NCBI GenBank assembly: GCA_965235115.1
Contig: OZ249436.1
Location: forward strand, 22,198,001-22,262,000
DNA length: 64,000 nucleotides
Direction of reading: 5' to 3'
Source: Laetmonice hystrix
Lineage: Eukaryota
Shown piece after piece: positions 54,176-64,000 of the stretch (positions within the stretch are counted from its first letter, which is position 1; every line of letters begins with the position of its first letter). The translations under genes were made by a program, and so were the position numbers. The notes beneath the pieces were generated by a model. It was not told the origin of the DNA, did not search any database, and worked only from the letters and a program-made list of their open reading frames with translations.

Positions 54176-55036
54176 TGTTACGCGCCATCGGTCGATCTGA
54201 CCCATCGGCCGATGGGTCAGACCCATCGGTGGATCGGCCAACGGGTCGCCCGTCGACCGATGGGCGACCCATCGGTGGATGCGCGGCGCGCCAGGGTCGC
54301 GGCCCATCGGTGGATGGGTGGTTGGTAAACAGAACACAGGGATCCAATATATAAAACGAACTATACTCTAGTTATCATGAAGAAAAAAACGTTTAGCCGT
54401 AGGCACCCTAACTTTAACTTTAACAGAACTTGAAATGTGTGTGAAAAAAAAGTTGAGTAGTGTTAACAGCGGGTAAATCTGGGGGTAATCAAACATGGCA
54501 ACAATGGTCTGGACAGGAGGTGGGTGTGGGGTCTGGACAGGAGGTGGGTGTGGGGTCTGGACAGGAGGTGGGTGTAAGGTCTGGACAGGAGGTGGGTGTG
54601 GGGTCTGGACAGGAGGTGGGTGTGGGGTCTGGACAGGAGGTGGGTGTGAGGTCTGGACAGGAGGTGGGTGTGGGGTCTGGACAGGAGGTGGGTGTGGGGT
54701 CTGGACAGGAGGTGGGTGTGGGGTCTGGGCAAGAGGTGGCTGGGTGGTCTGGGCCGGAGGTGGCTGGGGGATCTGAGTTCTTGACTGAAGGGAGGCCTGC
54801 GGCTCGGGCTGAGAGGTAATTGTCTCCTCCAGGTTTTCATGTCATTTCATGTCTCCTGGTTTACCAACCAGCCATCCACCGATGGGTCAGACCCATCGGC
54901 CGATGGGCCGCGACCCTGGCGCGCGCCGCGCATCCACCGATGGGTCGCCCATCGGTCGATGGGCGACCCGTTGGCCGATCCACCGATGGGTCTGACCCAT
55001 CGGCCGATGGGTCAGATCGACCGATGGCGCGTAACA
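54176..55036. mobile_element. Non-autonomous DNA transposon, Ginger-like (TGTTA...TAACA, 4-bp TSD, long TIRs)
   Basis: ggga|tgttacgcgccatcggtcgatctgacccatcgg ... ccgatgggtcagatcgaccgatggcgcgtaaca|ggga; TIRs about 54176-54330 and 54859-55036; removing the element plus one ggga restores an intact 57-bp unit. Confidence 0.88.
54506..54775. repeat. 24-bp G-rich minisatellite inside the Ginger-like element
   Basis: gtctggacaggaggtgggtgtggg, about 11 copies. Confidence 0.95.
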
Positions 55037-55632
55037 GGGACACTACTGCAGTGGGTGGGATTCCACAATATGATGAGGACATCCTATCTAATAGGGACAC
55101 TACTGCAGTGGGTGGGATTCCACAATATGATGAGGACATCCTATCTAATAGGGACACTACTGCAGTGGGTGGGATTCCACAATATGATGAGGACATCCTA
55201 TCTAATAGGGACACTACTGCAGTGGGTGGGATTCCACAATATGACGGGGACATCCTATCTAATAGGGACACTACTGCAGTGGGTGGGATTCCACAATATG
55301 ATGGGCACATCCTATCTAATAGGGATACTACTGCAGTGGGTGGGATTCCACAATATGATGGGCACATCCTATCTAATAGGGACACTACTGCAGTGGGTGG
55401 GATTCCACAATATGACGGGGACATCCTATCTAATAGGGACACTACTGCAGTGGGTGGGATTCCACAATATGATGAGGACATCCTATCTAATAGGGACACT
55501 ACAGTGGGTGGGATTCCACAATATGACGGGGACATCCTATCTAATAGGGACACTACAGTGGGTGGGATTCCACAATATGATGAGGACATCCTATCCACTA
55601 GGGACATTACTGTAGTGGGTGGGATTCCACTA
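55037..55632. repeat. 57-bp minisatellite, right part
   Basis: Same unit as 53759-54175, resuming in register after the TSD. Confidence 0.96.
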
Positions 55633-55645
55633 TAATATGATGTGC

Positions 55646-55995
55646 ACCCACCCCCTCCTCACCCCACTCCATCCCCCAGCCCCTGACCCCCCCCCCCCAC
55701 TCCATCCTCCGGCCCCTCCTCACCCCACTCCATCCCCCACCCCCTCCTCACCCCACCCCCTCTTCAACCCACTCTATCCCCCCACCCTGCCCATCCCACT
55801 TCATCCCCCGGCCACTGACCACCCCACTCCATCTCCCACCCCCTCCTCACCCCACCCCCTCCTCACTCCACTCCATCCCACCCACCCTGCCCATCCCACT
55901 TCATCCCCCGGCCACTGACCACCCCACTCCATCCCCCACCCCCTCCTCACCCCACTCCATCCCCCACCCCCTCCTCACCACTCCATCCCCCTACC
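55646..55995. repeat. C-rich degenerate repeat
   Basis: Repeated cccactccatcccccaccccctcctcac modules. Confidence 0.8.
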
Positions 55996-57117
55996 TCTGG
56001 TCACCCTGACGGTACCCAGTATGTTAGGACTATTTTTGAACAGAAAGCCGCGGTCAGTTATACTGTATGGAAGCGATTCAGGAAAACCCGTCTCCTGACC
56101 GAGCTGAGTGATGGTTGGAGTGTTAAATTCGTGTCAGTGTTGACTTTTGATCTGATGAAGTGACTGACTACTGGCCCCGTGCCCCCCCCCCCCCCACGAG
56201 TACGGACCCCCCGGGGTACGTACCCCCCCCCCACTCCGGACGGCCTCCGTTCTTCCTCACCTCACCACACCCAGTGCTCAGTAGGCCCAATTTCCTATAC
56301 TACTCACCGAGAAATAATCAAGCTGTCAAATCTTCCCTCGCTAGCCTTAGTCCAATATAACTTCCATTCACAACTGATAGGCTCACATCCTGAGTCAATT
56401 TACCTCTCCAATGCGCTCAACCGACTCGCTGGCCCGCTTTTTATTAATAATGTCCCACATGGCACCAACTTCTACATCAGTTCCTGCTTCTCCCGACAAT
56501 AAATACTTGTGAGGTCATCCTCTTCTGCTTCCCCAATACAAGGACCCCCCCCCCCCCCGAAAATATACTAAACAAGGTTGAGAGACTTACATCCCCCAAA
56601 AGGATGAAGTCGCTGCAGTTTCTCAAATACTGACTGTTACACCACCCATGTGTCAAGAAGAGTATTGAGAGCTGTTTGAACTGCTGATGTTCGACTATAG
56701 TATATCACTCGACCATCGAAGAAGCTGACTATTTTGCCAAGTTGTAGATAAGACTATCATTGGCTGGTATCAGGCGTCCCGTGAGTGAATACTCATAACA
56801 TATATTTTTTATTTAAATTTATGGCAATGCAATGTTTGTCCGGTTATTCAATTAATAAACCAAGTTTATTGAATAAAACATTTTTCTTACTCAGTGCTTT
56901 TTCCCAACAAAATTTAATAAATGCACAGTGAAAAAACATGTTTTATAAATAAATTTCGTGAAGAAACCAAGTTTATTCTCAAAATGACAGATTATTTATT
57001 TAAAAAAAACAAGTTTAGTATTTCAGGAATAAAATGGTCTTTATTCAGCGTCATGAATCACGGCCATAGAAGCGACTTTACAGTTGCACCCAGAACGTCA
57101 TATTGAACGCCACTGTC

Positions 57118-57133
57118 CCACTAGATGGCGCTG
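57118..57133 (+). promoter_or_regulatory. CTCF consensus-matching site
   Basis: ccactagatggcgctg fits the bilaterian CTCF core CCASYAGRKGGCRS; CRE tgacgtca lies about 17 bp downstream. Confidence 0.45.
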
Positions 57134-57452
57134 TGATAAAGGAAAGGATGACGTCACAATATTTCAAAGGGAATCCCCTGCAATTTTCAAGGCACCGGGC
57201 ATTTTCCCTCCAAGAGATGAAAATATATCTTTCATCATAATTTAACAACACGATCTGTAAATATTATGAACCCAATAAAGACATCAAATGTAAGAACTAG
57301 AAGACACAAGGTTTGTAAGTAATTCCCACTGCCGTGGGACAAGAACAAGGAAAAAATCATATTACATTAAGCAGAAAAGCGTAAAAAGTATTTAATTAAT
57401 CGCATGTTCTACATGTGCCATCGTAGATTACAGACACCTATCAGTGGCGAGA

Positions 57453-58001
57453 ACATGTTTGATACTCGATGGGAGACGTTCCTAGCCATCAGTCAGATTA
57501 CCATCCATACACAGCCTCCAATCGGTCACGGTTAGGTTACAGACATGTTTGATACTCGATGGGAGACGTTCCTAGCTATCAGTCAGATTACCATCCGTAC
57601 ACAGCCTCCAATCGGTCACGGTTAGGTTACAGACATGTTTGATACTCGATGGAAGACGTTCCTAGGCATCAGTCAGATTACCATCCATACACAGCCTCCA
57701 ATCGGTCACGGTTAGGTTACAGGCATGTTTGATACTCGATGGAAGCTGTTCCTAGCCATCAGTCAGATTACCATCCATACACAGCCTCCAATCGGTCACG
57801 GTTAGGTTACACCCATCAGTGGTGAGAACATGTTTGATACTCGATGGAAGACGTTCCTAGCTATCAGTCAGATTACCATCCATACACAGCCTCCAATCGG
57901 TCACGGTTAGGTTACAGACATGTTTGATACTCGATGGAAGACGTTCCTAGCTATCAGTCAGATTACCATCCGTACACAGCCTCCAATCGGTCACGGTTAG
58001 G
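57453..58001. repeat. Minisatellite, 90-bp unit
   Basis: acatgtttgatactcgatgggagacgttcctagccatcagtcagattaccatccatacacagcctccaatcggtcacggttaggttacag, 6 copies. Confidence 0.96.
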
Positions 58002-58236
58002 TTTGGGACTAGAAGGAATTTTCGTTACCCGCAGATTTCGAGGGAATGTCCCCCCAATCAATGTGTGCCCTTCCTGCCCCATCTGTAACAGACAGATGAC
58101 CGTGGATAAAGCTCATCCTCCGGCCGTGGATGGCGGGGACAGGTCCCTGAGGGGACACCCCCTCTGATCCCGGGATTATCCCCTCCCCGCGCCTACCCAG
58201 GGATGAGTGCCCGCGGGGGTACAGCTGGCCTTACAA

Positions 58237-58885
58237 ACACCCACACACCGGGCCCCCATCAATACCCACAGACACACCCACACACCGGGCCCCCATCAAT
58301 ACCCAGACACACCCACACACCGGGCCCCCATCAATACCCACAGACACACCCACACACCGGCCCCCATCAATACCCACAGTCACACCCACACACCAGCCCC
58401 CATCAATACCCACAGACACACCCACACACCGGGCCCCCATCAATACCCACAGACACACCCACACACCGGCCCCCATCAATACCCACAGACACACCCACAC
58501 ACCGGGCCCCCATCAATACCCACAGACACACCCACACACCGGGCCCCCATCAATACCCACAGACACACCCACACACCGGCCCCCATCAATACCCACAGAC
58601 ACACCCACACACCGGGCCCCCATCAATAACCACAGACACACCCACACACCGGGCCCCCATCAATACCCACTGACACACCCACACACCGGGCCCCCATCAA
58701 TACCCACAGACACACCCACACACCGGGCCCCCATCAATACCCACAGACACACCCACACACCGGGCCCCCATCAATACCCACAGACACACCCACACACCGG
58801 GCCCCCATCAATACCCACACAGACACACACCCCACACCGGGCCCCCATCAAAACCCACACAGACACACCCACATACCGGGCCCCT
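58237..58885. repeat. Minisatellite, about 36-37-bp unit
   Basis: acacccacacaccgggcccccatcaatacccacagac, about 17 copies. Confidence 0.95.
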
Positions 58886-58976
58886 ATGTTGTATGGTCTG
58901 CACCCCCCCCCCCCAGTATGGCACCCACCGGTATAGTTACTCTGATATGACCCCTGCCGCAGCCAGTAACCGTTAC

Positions 58977-59679
58977 ATGGCCCCGACCGCCACCAGTCAC
59001 TGTGACAGAGGCCATGAGATCTATGGCCCCTACCGCCACCAGTCACTGTGACAGAGTCCGTGAGATCCATGGCCCCTACCGCCACCAGTCACTGTGACAG
59101 AGTCCGTGAGATCCATGGCCCCTACCGCCACCAGTCACTGTGACTGAGGCCATGAGATCCATGGCCCCTACCGCCACCAGTCACTGTGACTGAGGCCATG
59201 AGATCCATGGCCCCTACCGCTACCAGTCACTGTGACAGAGGCCATGAGATCCATGGCCCCTACCGCTACCAGTCACTGTGACAGAGGCCATGAGATCCAT
59301 GGCCCCTACCGCCACCAGTCACTGTGACTGAGGCCATGAGATCCATGGCCCCTACCGCCACCAGTCACTGTGACAGAGGCCATGAGATCCATGGCCCCTA
59401 CCGCCACCAGTCACTGTGACTGAGGCCATGAGATCCATGGCCCCTACCGCTACCAGTCACTGTGACAGAGGCCATGAGATCCATGGCCCCTACCGCCACC
59501 AGTCACTGTGACAGAGGCCATGAGATCCATGGCCCCTACCGCCACCAGTCACTGTGACTGAGGCCATGAGATCCATGGCCCCTACCGCTACCAGTCACTG
59601 TGACTGAGGCCATGAGATCCATGGCCCCTACCGCCACCAGTCACTCTGACAGAGGCCATGAGATCCATGGCCCCTTACC
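58977..59679. repeat. Minisatellite, 46-bp unit with two internal inverted repeats
   Basis: ccgccaccagtcactgtgacagaggccatgagatccatggccccta, about 15 copies. Confidence 0.96.
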
Positions 59680-60247
59680 GTATGCGGTCCATGTTATCTA
59701 CGATCACGCTGACTTCTACTATTGTTGACATGACATGTTTCATCAGGCTCTCGTTGCAAGGACCCCGTCATGGGGCCCGACACCCCACCATTGTCACCTC
59801 AACCCTCTTTGATGTCCTTATCGTCTCGTCATCAGCTCCCATTAACCTGACTCTAACGTCACTTAGAGGAGGGTCAGTGCACCGCCAGGCCGGCTTCTAA
59901 TCTGTAAATCTGCTCTCAGTTCGGGGAGTTGTAATCCTCCAGCGGCCACTGTCCTCTGTCTGCTGCCACGGCCGGCTCCTCTGATGTGGCGGCCGGGCCC
60001 TCAATCACGTCTCTATGTCCCTCCATCCCCATGGAGCCAACACATACAACCCACCCACCCTCCTAACCCCTGCCCTTTACCATCTGGTCTCTGGCCTACT
60101 CCACAGGTCACTCAGGAGACCTACTGGCCTGTGTCAAGGTCAGGTCAGGTCAAAGGGCAATCAGCAGGGCTTGTAGATATCGGGTGGTTGGCTTGTGTGA
60201 CCACCACAATACGACCACTCCCCTGACCACTGTATCAGTACCCGAGC

Positions 60248-61283
60248 GATATCACAACCCTCTGACTGGCCTACCATTATCTTGGTGATATCACAACCCT
60301 CTGACTGGCCTACCATTATCTTGGTGATATCACAACCCTCTGACTGGCCTACCATCACATTGGTGATATCACAACCCTCTGACTGGCCTACCATTATCTT
60401 GGTGATATCACAACCCTCTGACTGGCCTACCATTATCTTGGTGATATCACAACCCTCTGACTGGCCTACCATCACATTGGTGATATCACTACCCTCTGAC
60501 TGGCCTACCATTATCTTGGTGATATCACAACCCTCTGACTGGCCTACCATCACATTGGTGATATCACTACCCTCTGACTGGCCTACCATTATCTTGGTGA
60601 TATCACTACCCTCTGACTGGCCTACCATTATCTTGGTGATATCACAACCCTCTGACTGGCCTACCATTATCTTGGTGATATCACTACCCTCTGACTGGCC
60701 TACCATTATCTTGGTGATGTCACAACCCTCTGACTGGCCTACCATTATATTGGTGATATCACTACCCTCTGACCGGCCTACCATTATCTTGGTGATATCA
60801 CAACCCCCTGACTGGCCTACCATTATCTTGGTGATATCACAACCCTCTGACTGGCCTACCATTACCTTGGTGATATCACAACCCTCTGACTGGCTCACCA
60901 TTATCTTGGTGATATCACAACCCTCTGACTGGCCTACCATTACCTTGGTGATATCACAACCCTCTGACTGGCCTACCATCACCTTGGTGATATCACAACC
61001 CTCTGACTGGCCTACCATTACCTTGGTGATATCACAACCCTCTGACTGGCCTACCATTACCTTGGTGATATCACAACCCTCTGACTGGCCTACCATTATC
61101 TTGGTGATATCACAACCCTCTGACTGGCCTACCATTATCTTGGTGATATCACAACCCTCTGACTGGCCTACCATTATATTGGTGATATCACAACCCTCTG
61201 ACTGGCCTACCATTATCTTGGTGATATCACAACCCTCTGACTGGCCTACCATTACCTTGCTGATATCACAACCCTCTGACTGG
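60248..61283. repeat. Minisatellite, 39-bp unit
   Basis: gatatcacaaccctctgactggcctaccattatcttggt, about 26 copies. Confidence 0.97.
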
Positions 61284-61429
61284 TCTGACATCAGCCTAGT
61301 TATATCGCAGTCATTTGATAACTTTCATATCATATTTTTGATATCAGAGTGTTTCGATCATCTAAACGCTATCCTGGTGTTTTCTCCATGTCATCTGATC
61401 AAGCACTTTAATCCAAAAAACGTCGCATG

Positions 61430-62330
61430 AGGAGAGACATCATAATAATTATTCTTGTGGAAAGACATCTGAGAATAATAATTCACATGGAGAGACATCT
61501 GAGAATAATGATTCTCGTGGAGAGACATCTGAGAATAATGATTCTCGTGGAGAGACGTCTGAGAATAATGATTCTCGTGGAGAGACATCTGAGAATAATG
61601 ATTCTCGTGGAGAGACGTCTGAGAATAATGATTCTCGTGGAGAGACGTCTGAGAATAATGATTCTCGTGGAGAGACGTCTGAGAATAATGATTCTCGTGG
61701 AGAGACGTCTGAGAATAATGATTCTCGTGGAGAGACGTCTGAGAATAATGATTCTCGTGGAGAGACGTCTGAGAATAATGATTCTCGTGGAGAGACGTCT
61801 GAGAATAATGATTCTCGTGGAGAGACGTCTGAGAATAATGATTCTCGTGGAGAGACGTCTGAGAATAATGATTCTCGTGGAGAGACGTCTGAGAATAATG
61901 ATTCTCGTGGAGAGACGTCTGAGAATAATGATTCTCGTGGAGAGACGTCTGAGAATAATGATTCTCGTGGAGAGACGTCTGAGAATAATGATTCTCGTGG
62001 AGAGACGTCTGAGAATAATGATTCTCGTGGAGAGACGTCTGAGAATAATGATTCTCGTGGAGAGACGTCTGAGAATAATGATTCTCGTGGAGAGACGTCT
62101 GAGAATAATGATTCTCGTGGAGAGACGTCTGAGAATAATGATTCTCGTGGAGAGACGTCTGAGAATAATGATTCTCGTGGAGAGACGTCTGAGAATAATG
62201 ATTCTCGTGGAGAGACGTCTGAGAACAATGATTCTCGTGGGGAGACGTCTGAGAATAATGATTCTCGTGGAGAGACGTCTGAGAATAATGATTCTCGTGG
62301 AGAGACATCTGAGAATAATGATTCTCGTGG
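61430..62330. repeat. Minisatellite, 30-bp unit
   Basis: gagaataatgattctcgtggagagacgtct, about 30 copies. Confidence 0.97.
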
Positions 62331-63267
62331 TATTACACTACCATATATATTCATCAGCTCATGATCTCTGTTCTAAATTTTACTAAAATATTACAGAAAT
62401 CTAAGAGTATCATTGTGATACGAGGTAAAGGCCTTCCCATAAACATATTTGTTCAATTCTGACATGAAGTTCAACCAAATATACCTAAACGTGCGTAGAT
62501 TGGAAATATCAGAAATAGTTCATATACTTAAGTATAATTAACAGGCCTTAAGTTCTATTTATTTAAATCCGAAACACAAAGTACGAGTTCTGACTCCCGT
62601 TTTAGTCTATGTGTAGAGTCTAGGGTTTATGAGTAGGTGGGGTGGGGGCATGGGTTGTACAGTTGTCAGCCCTCAAGGCATCCTCATCTCGACCCACCGG
62701 CCTGTTCCGACTTACTGCTGCTGATGCGGCCGCTGACCTTGGGGTCATCCGCCACCAGCCAGGTGCTGATGTCAGACGCTGCCCTGCAGGCACCTGCAAC
62801 CACTGGCCACTGCATTTCAAGGTCGTGCTCCTGGATCCAAGGTCACCTGCTCTGCCTGGACGGGGCGGTGGTGGCCAGGCTCCGGGCGGCTGCCGGCCAC
62901 GCGCCAAGACGTCCCCCACCCCACCCCGACCCCACTGACCGCTGCCCATCACCCAGACAATCCCTAACCAGGAAACCCCTTTCTTCACCTCTGACCCTTC
63001 ATCAAGTTGACCCTCAGTGACCACCCTAAGTGACAGGTGGGTCTGATGACAGTTAATGACAGGTGTCAGTGTCTTATCACCTGGTGTTATAAAACAAACA
63101 ATCACCACCAGGGGCAGTGTTCCCACATGTGCCCTGGTCCACCCACACTGTCGTCACCCATGGTCCATTCCGTATTCTGTTTCAGATAAATCAATGGTCA
63201 CTCAATAACGTTGTGGAGACTGGTAAACTATTCGTCACCCGACACACTTCTTGTCAGCATCAGTCTA

Positions 63268-63513
63268 CAGTGATTTGGTAAAACCTAGTAAGTCGAGTTT
63301 TTGTCCAATTTGAGTTAGTCTCATTTTTGGACTTACTAGGTTTTGCCCTATCATATCTAGTCCTATACAAGTGATCAGAACTCTATGCAAATCATAGTTA
63401 TTGACCTGGAAAACCCTAGCGTTTGCCTGCACCTCAACGGGAGGAACGGTTCGTTTGTCCCAGTTTTCTCAAAATTAGGCAAAGTGGACTTGCTAGGTTT
63501 TTACAGATCACTG
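63268..63513. mobile_element. Small Tc1/mariner(pogo)-type MITE, 246 bp, TA TSD
   Basis: TA|cagtgatttggtaaaacctagtaagtc ... gacttgctaggtttttacagatcactg|TA; extra internal inverted copy gacttactaggttttgcc at about 63330. Confidence 0.82.
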
Positions 63514-63545
63514 TAGAATTCTCTGTCCTGACGAGCACATAAACA

Positions 63546-63790
63546 ATCGGTAGACTACATTCGGTACATGTCCAAGTACTGTATATGGCTGTCAGTGTCA
63601 TAACGATCGGTAGACTACATTCGGTACATGTCCAAGTACTGTATATGGCTGTCAGTGTCATAACGATCGGTAGACTACATTCGGTACATGTCCAAGTACT
63701 GTATATGGCTGTCAGTGTCATAACGATCGGTAGACTACATTCGGTACATGTCCAAGTACTGTATATGGCTGTCAGTGTCATAACGATCGG
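63546..63790. repeat. Tandem repeat, 60-bp unit x4
   Basis: atcggtagactacattcggtacatgtccaagtactgtatatggctgtcagtgtcataacg. Confidence 0.96.
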
Positions 63791-64000
63791 CCTCCTGTCA
63801 ACACGATGACTATACAAACAAACTAAGATTTCGGGGGCTCAAAGAGAAACCAATCAACATCATCTCAATTTAAGGAGCCAAAGTAAATATTTGCAAAACG
63901 TTAGGAGGAACAATCAGGATGCACAACATCAAAGTACGATCTCAAAATATTTATGGACAAAATCCTCGTCCAATGACTTTGCGGCGATCGCTTGACTAGG

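Noticed and set aside
58977..62330. CRISPR-like palindromic repeats of 30-46 bp
   Set aside because: Units are head-to-tail with no unique spacers, there are no cas genes, and the context is eukaryotic.
37828..62386. Repeat-protein ORFs (37828, 41276, 49415, 54820, 60161, 61391 and similar)
   Set aside because: Each coincides with a minisatellite and is open in several frames; there is no splice or homology support.
62620..63126. GC-rich ORF as a coding exon
   Set aside because: Low-complexity translation with no recognisable domain and no convincing splice sites.

Overview
Eukaryotic, mostly non-coding DNA. An invertebrate animal is inferred from V-domain tRNA-SINEs, TA-flanked MITEs and frequent TACATGTA motifs; the species cannot be determined. 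About 33 short-period tandem arrays (15-90 bp units) cover roughly 45% of the window (hand estimate about 29 kb), and nearly all long ORFs in the supplied track are artefacts of them. No complete gene, CRISPR array or intact RNA gene is visible. Clear mobile elements: a full-length tRNA/V-domain SINE with a 12-bp TSD (5757-6020); two TA-flanked Tc1/mariner-type MITEs (29789-30643, 63268-63513); and an 861-bp TGTTA...TAACA element with about 155-bp palindrome-rich TIRs and a 4-bp TSD, resembling a non-autonomous Ginger, that splits a 57-bp minisatellite (54176-55036). A 76-bp array is built around a tRNA-Ser-like Pol III cassette (27.2-29.0 kb). A candidate minus-strand terminal coding exon (38994-39148) is followed by a 3'UTR-like tract. 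Array boundaries were read by eye and may be off by a few bases.
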